This document shows, in pieces, positions 1 through 15,000 of a stretch of DNA of 64,000 nt. Under the pieces are notes generated by a model. It saw only the letters and a program-made list of their open reading frames with translations, ran no database searches and was not told the DNA's origin. The stretch lies in assembly GCA_964016885.1 (NCBI GenBank), contig OZ024742.1, positions 348,316,001-348,380,000 of the forward strand, given 5' to 3'. This DNA comes from Eledone cirrhosa (taxonomy: Eukaryota). How positions within the stretch are numbered: the stretch's first letter is position 1; each line of letters opens with the position of its first letter. The position numbers and the translations under genes were made by a program.

Positions 1-3000
1 CCTTGAGATAAAGCTATAGTTTATAACTTCCTCTACTAATCTCTTCCTCTCCCTTAAGGCAAAGCTATAGTTTATAACTTCCTCTACTAGTCCCCTCCTC
101 TCCCTTAAGATAAAGCTATAGTTTATAACTTCCTCTACTAGTCCCTTCCTCTCCCTTAAGGCATAGCTATAGTTTATAACTTCCTCTACTAGTCCCTTCC
201 TCTCCCTTGAGGTAAAGCTATAGTTTATAACTTCCTCTACTAGGCCCTTCCTCTCCCTTGAAGTAAAGCTATAGTTTATAACTTCCTCTACTAGTCCCTT
301 CCTGTCCCTTAAGGTAAAGCTATAGTTTATAACTTCCTTTACTAGTCCCTTTCTGTCCCTTAAGGTAAAGCTATAGTTTATAACTTCCTCTACTAGTCCC
401 TTCCTCTCCCTTGAGATAAAGCTATAGTTTATAACTTCCTTTACTAGTCCCTTCCTGTCCCTTAAGGTAAAGCTATAGTTTATAACTTCCTCTACTAGTC
501 CCTTCCTCTCCCTTGAGATAAAGCTATAGTTTATAACTTCCTCTACTAGTCCCTTCCTCTCCCTTAAGGCAAAGCTATAGTTTATAACTTCCTCTACTAG
601 TCCCTTCCTCTCCATTAAGATAAAGCTATAATTTATAACTTCCTCTCCTAGTCCCTTCCTCTCCCTTGAATTAAAGCTATAGTTTATAACTTCCTCTCCT
701 AGTCCCTTCCTCTCCCTTAAGATAAAGTTATAGTTTATAACTTCCTCTACTAGTCCCTTCCTCTCCCTTGAGTTAAAGCTATAGTTTATAACTTCCTCTA
801 CTAGTCCCTTCCTCTCCCTTAAGATAAAGCTATAGTTTATAACTTCCTCTACTAGTCCCTTCCTCTCCCTTAAGGCAAAGCTATAGTTTATAACTTCCTC
901 TACTAGTCCCTTCCTCTCCCTTGAGTTAAAGCTATAGTTTATAACTTCCTCTACTAGGCCCTTCCTCTCCCTTGAGGGAAAGCTATAGTTTATAACTTCC
1001 TCTACTAGTCCCTTCCTCTCCCTTGAGTTAAAGCTATAGTTTATAACTTCCTCTACTAGTCCATTCCTCTCCCTTGAGGGAAAGCTATAGTTTATAACTT
1101 CCTCTACTAGTCCCTTCCTCTCCCTTGAGTTAAAGCTATAGTTTATAACTTCCTCTACTAGTCCATTCCTCTCCCTTGAGGGAAAGCTATAGTTTATAAC
1201 TTCCTCTACTAGTCCCTTCCTCTCCCTTGAGTTAAAGCTATAGTTTATAACTTCCTCTACTAGTCCCTTCCTCTCCCTTAAGATAAAGCTATAGTTTATA
1301 ACTTCCTCTACTAGTCCCTTCCTCTCCATTAAGATGAAGCTATAATTTATAACTTCCTCTCCTAGTCCCTTCCTCTCCCTTGAATTAAAGTTATAGTTTA
1401 TAACTTCCTCTTCTAGTCCCTTCCTCTCCCTTGAGGTTAAGCTATAGTTTATAACTTCCTCTACTAGTCCCTCCCTGTCCCTTAAGGTAAAGCTATAGTT
1501 TATAACTTCCTCTACTAGTCCCTTCCTCTCCCTTGACATAAAGCTATAGTTTAAAACTTCCTCTACTAGTCCCTCCCTGTCCCTTAAGGTAAAGCTATAG
1601 TTTATAACTTCCTCTACTACTCCCTTCATCTCCCTTGAGGTAAAGCTATAGTCTATAACTTCCTCTACTAGTCCCTTCCTCTCCCTTAAGGTAAAGCTAT
1701 AGTCTATAACTTCCTCTACTAGTCCCTTCCTCTCCCTTAAGGTAAAGCTATAGTTTATAACTTCCTCTACTAGTCCCTCCCTCTCCCTTAAGGTAAAGCT
1801 ATAGTTTATAACTTCCTCTACTAGTCCCTTCCTCTCCCTTGAGATAAAGCTATAGTTTATAACTTCCTCTACTAGTCCCTTCCTCTCCCTTAAGATAAAG
1901 CTATAATTTATAACTTCCCCTCCTAGTCCCTTCCTCTCCCTTGAGTTAAAGCTATAGTTTATAACTTCCTCTACTAGTCCCTTCCTCTCCCTTGAGATAA
2001 AGCTATAGTTTATAACTTCCTCTCCTAGTCCCTTCCTCTCCCTTAAGATAAAGCTATAGTTTATAACTTCCTCTACTAGTCCCTTCCTCTCCCTTGAGTT
2101 AAAGCTATAGTTTATAACTTCCTCTACTAGTCCCTTCCTCTCCCTTAAGATAAAGCTATAGTTTATAACTTCCTCTACTAGTCCCTTCCTCTCCCTTAAG
2201 GCAAAGCTATAGTTTATAACTTCCTCTACTAGTCCCTTCCTCTCCATTAAGATAAAGCTATAATTTATAACTTCCTCTCCTAGTCCCTTCCTCTCCCTTG
2301 AATTAAAGCTATAGTTTATAACTTCCTCTTCTAGTCCCTTCCTCTCCCTTGAGGTAAAGCTATACTTTATAACTTCCTCTACTAGTCCCTTCCTCTCCCT
2401 TGAGGTAAAGCTATAGTTTATAACTTCCTCTACTAGTCCCTTCCTCTCCCTTGAGGTAAAGCTATAGTTTATAACTTCCTCTACTAGTCCCTTCCTCTCC
2501 CTTGAGTTAAAGCTATAGTTTATAACTTGCTCTACTAGTCCCTTCCTCTCCCTTGAGCTAAAGCTATAGTTTATAACTTCCTCTACTACTCCCTTCCTCT
2601 CCCTTGAGTTAAAGCTATAGTTTATAACTTCCTCTACTAGTCCCTCCCTGTCCCTTAAGGTAAAGCTATAGTTTATAACTTCCTCTACTAGTCTCTTCCT
2701 CTCCCTTGAGGTAAAGCTATAGTTTATAACTTCCTCTACTAGTCCCTTCCTCTCCCTTAAGATAAAGCTATAGTTTATAAATTCCTCTACTACTCCCTTC
2801 ATCTCCCTTGAGGTAAAGCTATAGTCTATAACTTCCTCTACTAGTCCCTTCCTCTCCCTTAAGGTAAAGCTATAGTCTATAACTTCCTCTACTAGTCCCT
2901 TCCTCTCCCTTAAGGTAAAGCTATAGTTTATAACTTGCTCTACTAGTCCCTCCCTCTCCCTTAAGGTAAAGCTATAGTTTATAACTTCCTCTACTAGTCC

Positions 3001-6000
3001 CTTCCTCTCCCTTGAGATAAAGCTATAGTTTATAACTTCCTCTACTAGTCCCTTCCTCTCCCTTAAGGTAAAGCTATAGTTTATAAATTCCTCTACTAGT
3101 CCCTTCCGCTCCCTTGACATAAAGCTATAGTTTATAACTTCCTCTACTAGTCCCTTTCTCTCCCTTGAGGTAAAGCTACACTTTATAACTTCCTCTACTA
3201 GTCCCTTCCTCTCCCTTGACATAAAGCTATAGTTTATAACTTCCTCTACTAGTCCCTTCCTCTCCCTTGAGATAAAGCTATAGTTTATAACTTCCTCTAC
3301 TAGTCCCTTCCTCTCCCTTGAGATAAAGCTATAGTTTATAACTTCCTCTACTAGTCACTTCCTCTCCCTTAAGGTAAAGCTATAGTTTATAACTTCCTCT
3401 ACTAGTCCCTTCCTCTCCCTTAAGATAAAGCTATAGTTTATAACTTCCTCTACTAGTCACTTCCTCTCCCTTAAGGTAAAGCTATTGTTTATAACTTCCT
3501 CTACTAGTCCCTTCCTCACTCTTGAGGTAAAGCTACAGTTTATAACTTCCTCTACTAGTCCCTTCCTCTCCCTTGAGATAAAGCTATAGTTTATAACTTC
3601 CTCTACTACTCCCTTCTTCTCCCTTGAGGTAAAGCTATAGTTTATAACTTCCTCTACTAGTCCGTTCTTCTCCCTTAAGGTAAAGCTATAGTTTATAACT
3701 TCCTCTACTAGTCCCTTCCTCTCCCTTAAGGCAAAGCTATAGTTTATAACTTCCTCTACTAGTCCCTTCCTCTCCCTTGAGGTAAAGCTATAGTTTATAA
3801 CTTCCTCTACTAGGCCCTTCCTCTCCCTTGAAGTAAAGCTATAGTTTATAACTTCCTCTACTAGTCCCTTCCTGTCCCTTAAGGTAAAGCTATAGTTTAT
3901 CACTTCTACTAGTCCCTTCCTCTCCCTTGAGATAAAGCTATAGTTTATAACTTCCTCTACTAGTTCCTTCCTCTCCCTTGAGATAAATCTATAGTTTATA
4001 ACTTCCTCTAATAGTCCCTTCCTCTCCCTTAAGGAGAAACTATAGTTTATAACTTCCTCTACTAGTCCCTTCCTCTCCTTTAAGGTAAAGCTATAGTTTA
4101 TAACTTCCTTTACTAGTCCCTTTCTGTCCCTTAAGGTAAAGCTATAGTTTATAACTTCCTCTACTAGTCCCTTCCTCTCCCTTGAGATAAAGCTATAGTT
4201 TATAACTTCCTTTACTAGTCCCTTCCTGTCCCTTAAGGTAAAGCTATAGTTTATAACTTCCTCTACTACTCCCTTCATCTCCCTTGAGGTAAAGCTATAG
4301 TCTATAACTTCCTCTACTAGTCCCTTCCTCTCCCTTAAGGTAAAGCTATAGTCTATAACTTCCTCTACTAGTCCCTTCCTCTCCCTTAAGGTAAAGCTAT
4401 AGTTTATAACTTCCTCTACTAGTCCCTCCCTCTCCCTTAAGGTAAAGCTATAGTTTATAACTTCCTCTACTAGTCCCTTCCTCTCCCTTGAGATAAAGCT
4501 ATAGTTTATAACTTCCTCTACTAGTCCCTTCCTCTCCCTTAAGATAAAGCTATAATTTATAACTTCCCCTCCTAGTCCCTTCCTCTCCCTTGAGTTAAAG
4601 CTATAGTTTATAACTTCCTCTTCTAGTCCCTTCCTCTCCCTTGAGGTAAAGCTATAGTTTATAACTTCCTCTACTAGTCCCTTCCTCTCCCTTGAGATAA
4701 AGCTATAGTTTATAACTTCCTCTACTAGTCCATTCCTCTCCCTTGAGGGAAAGCTATAGTTTATAACTTCCTCTACTAGTCCCTTCCTCTCCCTTGAGAT
4801 AAAGCTATAGTTTATAACTTCCTCTCCTAGTCCCTTCCTCTCCCTTAAGATAAAGCTATAGTTTATAACTTCCTCTACTAGTCCCTTCCTCTCCCTTGAG
4901 TTAAAGCTATAGTTTATAACTTCCTCTACTAGTCCCTTCCTCTCCCTTAAGATAAAGCTATAGTTTATAACTTCCTCTACTAGTCCCTTCCTCTCCCTTA
5001 AGGCAAAGCTATAGTTTATAACTTCCTCTACTAGTCCCTTCCTCTCCATTAAGATAAAGCTATAATTTATAACTTCCTCTCCTAGTCCCTTCCTCTCCCT
5101 TGAATTAAAGCTATAGTTTATAACTTCCTCTTCTAGTCCCTTCCTCTCCCTTGAGGTAAAGCTATACTTTATAACTTCCTCTACTAGTCCCTTCCTCTCC
5201 CTTGAGGTAAAGCTATAGTTTATAACTTCCTCTACTAGTCCCTTCCTCTCCCTTGAGGTAAAGCTATAGTTTATAACTTCCTCTACTAGTCCCTTCCTCT
5301 CCCTTGAGTTAAAGCTATAGTTTATAACTTGCTCTACTAGTCCCTTCCTCTCCCTTGAGCTAAAGCTATAGTTTATAACTTCCTCTACTACTCCCTTCCT
5401 CTCCCTTGAGTTAAAGCTATAGTTTATAACTTCCTCTACTAGTCCCTCCCTGTCCCTTAAGGTAAAGCTATAGTTTATAACTTCCTCTACTAGTCTCTTC
5501 CTCTCCCTTGAGGTAAAGCTATAGTTTATAACTTCCTCTACTAGTCCCTTCCTCTCCCTTAAGATAAAGCTATAGTTTATAAATTCCTCTACTACTCCCT
5601 TCATCTCCCTTGAGGTAAAGCTATAGTCTATAACTTCCTCTACTAGTCCCTTCCTCTCCCTTAAGGTAAAGCTATAGTCTATAACTTCCTCTACTAGTCC
5701 CTTCCTCTCCCTTAAGGTAAAGCTATAGTTTATAACTTGCTCTACTAGTCCCTCCCTCTCCCTTAAGGTAAAGCTATAGTTTATAACTTCCTCTACTAGT
5801 CCCTTCCTCTCCCTTGAGATAAAGCTATAGTTTATAACTTCCTCTACTAGTCCCTTCCTCTCCCTTAAGGTAAAGCTATAGTTTATAAATTCCTCTACTA
5901 GTCCCTTCCGCTCCCTTGACATAAAGCTATAGTTTATAACTTCCTCTACTAGTCCCTTTCTCTCCCTTGAGGTAAAGCTACACTTTATAACTTCCTCTAC

Positions 6001-9000
6001 TAGTCCCTTCCTCTCCCTTGACATAAAGCTATAGTTTATAACTTCCTCTACTAGTCCCTTCCTCTCCCTTGAGATAAAGCTATAGTTTATAACTTCCTCT
6101 ACTAGTCCCTTCCTCTCCCTTGAGATAAAGCTATAGTTTATAACTTCCTCTACTAGTCACTTCCTCTCCCTTAAGGTAAAGCTATAGTTTATAACTTCCT
6201 CTACTAGTCCCTTCCTCTCCCTTAAGATAAAGCTATAGTTTATAACTTCCTCTACTAGTCACTTCCTCTCCCTTAAGGTAAAGCTATTGTTTATAACTTC
6301 CTCTACTAGTCCCTTCCTCACTCTTGAGGTAAAGCTACAGTTTATAACTTCCTCTACTAGTCCCTTCCTCTCCCTTGAGATAAAGCTATAGTTTATAACT
6401 TCCTCTACTACTCCCTTCTTCTCCCTTGAGGTAAAGCTATAGTTTATAACTTCCTCTACTAGTCCGTTCTTCTCCCTTAAGGTAAAGCTATCGTTTATAA
6501 CTTCCTCTACTAGTCCCTTCCTCTCCCTTAAGGCAAAGCTATAGTTTATAACTTCCTCTACTAGTCCCTTCCTCTCCCTTGAGGTAAAGCTATAGTTTAT
6601 AACTTCCTCTACTAGGCCCTTCCTCTCCCTTGAAGTAAAGCTATAGTTTATAACTTCCTCTACTAGTCCCTTCCTGTCCCTTAAGGTAAAGCTATAGTTT
6701 ATCACTTCTTCTACTAGTCCCTTCCTCTCCCTTGAGATAAAGCTATAGTTTATAACTTCCTCTACTAGTTCCTTCCTCTCCCTTGAGATAAATCTATAGT
6801 TTATAACTTCCTCTAATAGTCCCTTCCTCTCCCTTAAGGAGAAACTATAGTTTATAACTTCCTCTACTAGTCCCTTCCTCTCCTTTAAGGTAAAGCTATA
6901 GTTTATATCTTCCTTTACTAGTCCCTTTCTGTCCGTTAAGGTAAAGCTATAGTTTATAACTTCCTCTACTAGTCCCTTCCTCTCCCTTGAGATAAAGCTA
7001 TAGTTTATAACTTCCTTTACTAGTCCCTTCCTGTCCCTTAAGGTAAAGCTATAGTTTATAACTTCCTCTACTAGTCCCTTCCTCTCCCTTGAGATAAAGC
7101 TATAGTTTATAACTTCCTCTACTAGTCCCTTCCTCTCCCTTAAGGCAAAGCTATAGTTTATAACTTCCTCTACTAGTCCCTTCCTCTCCATTAAGATAAA
7201 GCTATAATTTATAACTTCCTCTCCTAGTCCCTTACTCTCCCTTGAATTAAAGCTATAGTTTATAACTTCCTCTCCTAGTCCCTTCCTCTCCCTTAAGATA
7301 AAGCTATAGTTTATAACTTCCTCTACTAGTCCCTTCCTCTCCCTTGAGTTAAAGCTATAGTTTATAACTTCCTCTACTAGTCCCTTCCTCTCCCTTAAGA
7401 TAAAGCTATAGTTTATAACTTCCTCTACTAGTCCCTTCCTCTCCCTTGAGTTAAAGCTATAGTTTATAACTTCCTCTACTAGTCCCTTCCTCTCCCTTGA
7501 GATAAAGCTATAGTTTATAACTTCCTCTACTAATCTCTTCCTCTCCCTTAAGGCAAAGCTATAGTTTATAACTTCCTCTACTAGTCCATTCCTCTCCCTT
7601 GAGGGAAAGCTATAGTTTATAACTTCCTCTACTAGTCCATTCCTCTCCCTTGAGGGAAAGCTATAGTTTATAACTTCCTCTACTAGTCCCTTCCTCTCCC
7701 TTGAGATAAAGCTATAGTTTATAACTTCCTCTCCTAGTCCCTTCCTCTCCCTTAAGATAAAGCTATAGTTTATAACTTCCTCTACTAGTCCCTTCCTCTC
7801 CCTTGAGTTAAAGCTATAGTTTATAACTTCCTCTACTAGTCCCTTCCTCTCCCTTAAGATAAAGCTATAGTTTATAACTTCCTCTACTAGTCCCTTCCTC
7901 TCCCTTAAGGCAAAGCTATAGTTTATAACTTCCTCTACTAGTCTCTTCCTCTCCATTAAGATAAAGCTATAATTTATAACTTCCTCTCCTAGTCCCTTCC
8001 TCTCCCTTGAATTAAAGCTATAGTTTATAACTTCCTCTTCTAGTCCCTTCCTCTCCCTTGAGGTAAAGCTATACTTTATAACTTCCTCTACTAGTCCCTT
8101 CCTCTCCCTTGAGGTAAAGCTATAGTTTATAACTTCCTCTACTAGTCCCTTCCTCTCCCTTGAGGTAAAGCTATAGTTTATAACTTCCTCTACTAGTCCC
8201 TTCCTCTCCCTTGAGTTAAAGCTATAGTTTATAACTTCCTCTACTAGTCCCTTCCTCTCCCTTGAGCTAAAGCTATAGTTTATAACTTCCTCTACTACTC
8301 CCTTCCTCTCCCTTGAGTTAAAGCTATAGTTTATAACTTCCTCTACTAGTCCCTCCCTGTCCCTTAAGGTAAAGCTATAGTTTATAACTTCCTCTACTAG
8401 TCTCTTCCTCTCCCTTGAGGTAAAGCTATAGTTTATAACTTCCTCTACTAGTCCCTTCCTCTCCCTTAAGATAAAGCTATAGTTTATAAATTCCTCTACT
8501 ACTCCCTTCATCTCCCTTGAGGTAAAGCTATAGTCTATAACTTCCTCTACTAGTCCCTTCCTCTCCCTTAAGGTAAAGCTATAGTCTATAACTTCCTCTA
8601 CTAGTCCCTTCCTCTCCCTTAAGGTAAAGCTATAGTTTATAACTTGCTCTACTAGTCCCTCCCTCTCCCTTAAGGTAAAGCTATAGTTTATAACTTCCTC
8701 TACTAGTCCCTTCCTCTCCCTTGAGATAAAGCTATAGTTTATAACTTCCTCTACTAGTCCCTTCCTCTCCCTTAAGGTAAAGCTATAGTTTATAAATTCC
8801 TCTACTAGTCCCTTCCGCTCCCTTGACATAAAGCTATAGTTTATAACTTCCTCTACTAGTCCCTTTCTCTCCCTTGAGGTAAAGCTACACTTTATAACTT
8901 CCTCTACTAGTCCCTTCCTCTCCCTTGACATAAAGCTATAGTTTATAACTTCCTCTACTAGTCCCTTCCTCTCCCTTGAGATAAAGCTATAGTTTATAAC

Positions 9001-12000
9001 TTCCTCTACTAGTCCCTTCCTCTCCCTTGAGATAAAGCTATAGTTTATAACTTCCTCTACTAGTCACTTCCTCTCCCTTAAGGTAAAGCTATAGTTTATA
9101 ACTTCCTCTACTAGTCCCTTCCTCTCCCTTAAGATAAAGCTATAGTTTATAACTTCCTCTACTAGTCACTTCCTCTCCCTTAAGGTAAAGCTATTGTTTA
9201 TAACTTCCTCTACTAGTCCCTTCCTCACTCTTGAGGTAAAGCTACAGTTTATAACTTCCTCTACTAGTCCCTTCCTCTCCCTTGAGATAAAGCTATAGTA
9301 TATAACTTCCTCTACTACTCCCTTCTTCTCCCTTGAGGTAAAGCTATAGTTTATAACTTCCTCTACTAGTCCGTTCTTCTCCCTTAAGGTAAAGCTATCG
9401 TTTATAACTTCCTCTACTAGTCCCTTCCTCTCCCTTAAGGCAAAGCTATAGTTTATAACTTCCTCTACTAGTCCCTTCCTCTCCCTTGAGGTAAAGCTAT
9501 AGTTTATAACTTCCTCTACTAGGCCCTTCCTCTCCCTTGAAGTAAAGCTATAGTTTATAACTTCCTCTACTAGTCCCTTCCTGTCCCTTAAGGTAAAGCT
9601 ATAGTTTATCACTTCTTCTACTAGTCCCTTCCTCTCCCTTGAGATAAAGCTATAGTTTATAACTTCCTCTACTAGTTCCTTCCTCTCCCTTGAGATAAAT
9701 CTATAGTTTATAACTTCCTCTAATAGTCCCTTCCTCTCCCTTAAGGAGAAACTATAGTTTATAACTTCCTCTACTAGTCCCTTCCTCTCCTTTAAGGTAA
9801 AGCTATAGTTTATATCTTCCTTTACTAGTCCCTTTCTGTCCCTTAAGGTAAAGCTATAGTTTATAACTTCCTCTACTAGTCCCTTCCTCTCCCTTGAGAT
9901 AAAGCTATAGTTTATAACTTCCTTTACTAGTCCCTTCCTGTCCCTTAAGGTAAAGCTATAGTTTATAACTTCCTCTACTAGTCCCTTCCTCTCCCTTGAG
10001 ATAAAGCTATAGTTTATAACTTCCTCTACTAGTCCCTTCCTCTCCCTTAAGGCAAAGCTATAGTTTATAACTTCCTCTACTAGTCCCTTCCTCTCCATTA
10101 AGATAAAGCTATAATTTATAACTTCCTCTCCTAGTCCCTTACTCTCCCTTGAATTAAAGCTATAGTTTATAACTTCCTCTCCTAGTCCCTTCCTCTCCCT
10201 TAAGATAAAGATATAGTTTATAACTTCCTCTACTAGTCCCTTCCTCTCCCTTGAGTTAAAGCTATAGTTTATAACTTCCTCTACTAGTCCCTTCCTCTCC
10301 CTTAAGATAAAGCTATAGTTTATAACTTCCTCTACTAGTCCCTTCCTCTCCCTTGAGTTAAAGCTATAGTTTATAACTTCCTCTACTAGTCCCTTCCTCT
10401 CCCTTGAGATAAAGCTATAGTTTATAACTTCCTCTACTAATCTCTTCCTCTCCCTTAAGGCAAAGCTATAGTTTATAACTTCCTCTACTAGTCCATTCCT
10501 CTCCCTTGAGGGAAAGCTATAGTTTATAACTTCCTCTACTAGTCCATTCCTCTCCCTTGAGGGAAAGCTATAGTTTATAACTTCCTCTACTAGTCCCTTC
10601 CTCTCCCTTGAGATAAAGCTATAGTTTATAACTTCCTCTCCTAGTCCCTTCCTCTCCCTTAAGATAAAGCTATAGTTTATAACTTCCTCTACTAGTCCCT
10701 TCCTCTCCCTTGAGTTAAAGCTATAGTTTATAACTTCCTCTACTAGTCCCTTCCTCTCCCTTAAGATAAAGCTATAGTTTATAACTTCCTCTACTAGTCC
10801 CTTCCTCTCCCTTAAGGCAAAGCTATAGTTTATAACTTCCTCTACTAGTCCCTTCCTCTCCATTAAGATAAAGCTATAATTTATAACTTCCTCTCCTAGT
10901 CCCTTCCTCTCCCTTGAATTAAAGCTATAGTTTATAACTTCCTCTTCTAGTCCCTTCCTCTCCCTTGAGGTAAAGCTATACTTTATAACTTCCTCTACTA
11001 GTCCCTTCCTCTCCCTTGAGGTAAAGCTATAGTTTATAACTTCCTCTACTAGTCCCTTCCTCTCCCTTGAGGTAAAGCTATAGTTTATAACTTCCTCTAC
11101 TAGTCCCTTCCTCTCCCTTGAGCTAAAGCTATAGTTTATAACTTCCTCTACTACTCCCTTCCTCTCCCTTGAGTTAAAGCTATAGTTTATAACTTCCTCT
11201 ACTAGTCCCTCCCTGTCCCTTAAGGTAAAGCTATAGTTTATAACTTCCTCTACTAGTCTCTTCCTCTCCCTTGAGGTAAAGCTATAGTTTATAACTTCCT
11301 CTACTAGTCCCTTCCTCTCCCTTAAGATAAAGCTATAGTTTATAAATTCCTCTACTACTCCCATCATCTCCCTTGAGGTAAAGCTATAGTCTATAACTTC
11401 CTCTACTAGTCCCTTCCTCTCCCTTAAGGTAAAGCTATAGTCTATAACTTCCTCTACTAGTCCCTTCCTCTCCCTTAAGGTAAAGCTATAGTTTATAACT
11501 TGCTCTACTAGTCCCTCCCTCTCCCTTAAGGTAAAGCTATAGTTTATAACTTCCTCTACTAGTCCCTTCCTCTCCCTTGAGATAAAGCTATAGTTTATAA
11601 CTTCCTCTACTAGTCCCTTCCTCTCCCTTAAGGTAAAGCTATAGTTTATAAATTCCTCTACTAGTCCCTTCCGCTCCCTTGACATAAAGCTATAGTTTAT
11701 AACTTCCTCTACTAGTCCCTTTCTCTCCCTTGAGGTAAAGCTACACTTTATAACTTCCTCTACTAGTCCCTTCCTCTCCCTTGACATAAAGCTATAGTTT
11801 ATAACTTCCTCTACTAGTCCCTTCCTCTCCCTTGAGATAAAGCTATAGTTTATAACTTCCTCTACTAGTCCCTTCCTCTCCCTTGAGATAAAGCTATAGT
11901 TTATAACTTCCTCTACTAGTCACTTCCTCTCCCTTAAGGTAAAGCTATAGTTTATAACTTCCTCTACTAGTCCCTTCCTCTCCCTTAAGATAAAGCTATA

Positions 12001-15000
12001 GTTTATAACTTCCTCTACTAGTCACTTCCTCTCCCTTAAGGTAAAGCTATTGTTTATAACTTCCTCTACTAGTCCCTTCCTCACTCTTGAGGTAAAGCTA
12101 CAGTTTATAACTTCCTCTACTAGTCCCTTCCTCTCCCTTGAGATAAAGCTATAGTTTATAACTTCCTCTACTACTCCCTTCTTCTCCCTTGAGGTAAAGC
12201 TATAGTTTATAACTTCCTCTACTAGTCCGTTCTTCTCCCTTAAGGTAAAGCTATAGTTTATAACTTCCTCTACTAGTCCCTTCCTCTCCCTTAAGGCAAA
12301 GCTATAGTTTATAACTTCCTCTACTAGTCCCTTCCTCTCCCTTGAGGTAAAGCTATAGTTTATAACTTCCTCTACTAGGCCCTTCCTCTCCCTTGAAGTA
12401 AAGCTATAGTTTATAACTTCCTCTACTAGTCCCTTCCTGTCCCTTAAGGTAAAGCTATAGTTTATCACTTCTTCTACTAGTCCCTTCCTCTCCCTTGAGA
12501 TAAAGCTATAGTTTATAACTTCCTCTACTAGTTCCTTCCTCTCCCTTGAGATAAATCTATAGTTTATAACTTCCTCTAATAGTCCCTTCCTCTCCCTTAA
12601 GGAGAAACTATAGTTTATAACTTCCTCTACTAGTCCCTTCCTCTCCTTTAAGGTAAAGCTATAGTTTATAACTTCCTTTACTAGTCCCTTTCTGTCCCTT
12701 AAGGTAAAGCTATAGTTTATAACTTCCTCTACTAGTCCCTTCCTCTCCCTTGAGATAAAGCTATAGTTTATAACTTCCTTTACTAGTCCCTTCCTGTCCC
12801 TTAAGGTAAAGCTATAGTTTATAACTTCCTCTACTAGTCCCTTCCTCTCCCTTGAGATAAAGCTATAGTTTATAACTTCCTCTACTAGTCCCTTCCTCTC
12901 CCTTAAGGCAAAGCTATAGTTTATAACTTCCTCTACTAGTCCCTTCCTCTCCATTAAGATAAAGCTATAATTTATAACTTCCTCTCCTAGTCCCTTACTC
13001 TCCCTTGAATTAAAGCTATAGTTTATAACTTCCTCTCCTAGTCCCTTCCTCTCCCTTAAGATAAAGCTATAGTTTATAACTTCCTCTACTAGTCCCTTCC
13101 TCTCCCTTGAGTTAAAGCTATAGTTTATAACTTCCTCTACTAGTCCCTTCCTCTCCCTTAAGATAAAGCTATAGTTTATAACTTCCTCTACTAGTCCCTT
13201 CCTCTCCCTTAAGGCAAAGCTATAGTTTATAACTTCCTCTACTAGTCCCTTCCTCTCCCTTGAGTTAAAGCTATAGTTTATAACTTCCTCTACTAGTCCC
13301 TTCCTCTCCCTTGAGATAAAGCTATAGTTTATAACTTCCTCTACTAATCTCTTCCTCTCCCTTAAGGCAAAGCTATAGTTTATAACTTCCTCTACTAGTC
13401 CATTCCTCTCCCTTGAGGGAAAGCTATAGTTTATAACTTCCTCTACTAGTCCCTTCCTCTCCCTTGAGTTAAAGCTATAGTTTATAACTTCCTCTACTAG
13501 TCCCTTCCTCTCCCTTAAGATAAAGCTATAGTTTATAACTTCCTCTACTAGTCCCTTCCTCTCCATTAAGATGAAGCTATAATTTATAACTTCCTCTCCT
13601 AGTCCCTTCCTCTCCCTTGAATTAAAGCTATAGTTTATAACTTCCTCTTCTAGTTCCTTCCTCTCCCTTGAGGTAAAGCTATAGTTTATAACTTCCTCTA
13701 CTAGTCCCTTCCTCTCCCTTGAGGTTAAGCTATAGTTTATAACTTCCTCTACTAGTCCCTCCCTGTCCCTTAAGGTAAAGCTATAGTTTATAACTTCCTC
13801 TACTAGTCCCTTCCTCTCCCTTGACATAAAGCTATAGTTTATAACTTCTCTACTACTCCCTTCCTCTCCCTTGAGATAAAGCTATAGTCTATAACTTCCT
13901 CTACTAGTCCCTTCCTCTCCCTTAAGGTAAAGCTATAGTCTATAACTTCCTCTACTAGTCCCTTCCTCTCCCTTAAGGTAAAGCTATAGTATATAACTTC
14001 CTCTACTAGTCCCTCCCTCTCCCTTAAGGTAAAGCTATAGTTTATAACTTCCTCTACTAGTCCCTTCCTCTCCCTTGAGATAAAGCTATAGTTTATAACT
14101 TCCTCTACTAGTCCCTTCCTCTCCCTTAAGGTAAAGCTATAGTTTATAACTTCCTCTACTAGTCCCTTTCTCTCCCTTGAGGTAAAGCTACACCTTATAA
14201 CTTCCTCTACTAGTCCCTTCCTCTCCCTTGACATAAAGCTATAGTTTATAACTTCCTCTACTAGTCCCTTCCTCTCCCTTGAGATAAAGCTATAGTTTAT
14301 AACTTCCTCTACTAGTCCCTTCCTCTCCCTTGAGATAAAGCTATAGTTTATAACTTCCTCTACTAGTCACTTCCTCTCCCTTAAGGTAAAGCTATAGTTT
14401 ATAACTTCCTCTACTAGTCCCTTCCTCTCCATTAAGATAAAGCTATAATTTATAACTTCCTCTCCTAGTCCCTTCCTCTCCCTTGAATTAAAGCTATAGT
14501 TTATAACTTCCTCTCCTAGTCCCTTCCTCTCCCTTAAGATAAAGTTATAGTTTATAACTTCCTCTACTAGTCCCTTCCTCTCCCTTGAGTTAAAGCTATA
14601 GTTTATAACTTCCTCTACTAGTCCCTTCCTCTCCCTTAAGATAAAGCTATAGTTTATAACTTCCTCTACTAGTCCCTTCCTCTCCCTTAAGGCAAAGCTA
14701 TAGTTTATAACTTCCTCTACTAGTCCCTTCCTCTCCCTTGAGTTAAAGCTATAGTTTATAACTTCCTCTACTAGTCCCTTCTTCTCCCTTGAGATAAAGC
14801 TATAGTTTATAACTACCTCTACTAATCTCTTCCTCTCCCTTAAGGCAAAGCTATAGTTTATAACTTCCTCTACTAGTCCATTCCTCTCCCTTGAGGGAAA
14901 GCTATAGTTTATAACTTCCTCTACTAGTCCCTTCCTCACCCTTGAGTTAAAGCTATAGTTTATAACTTCCTCTACTAGTCCCTTCCTCTCCCTTAAGATA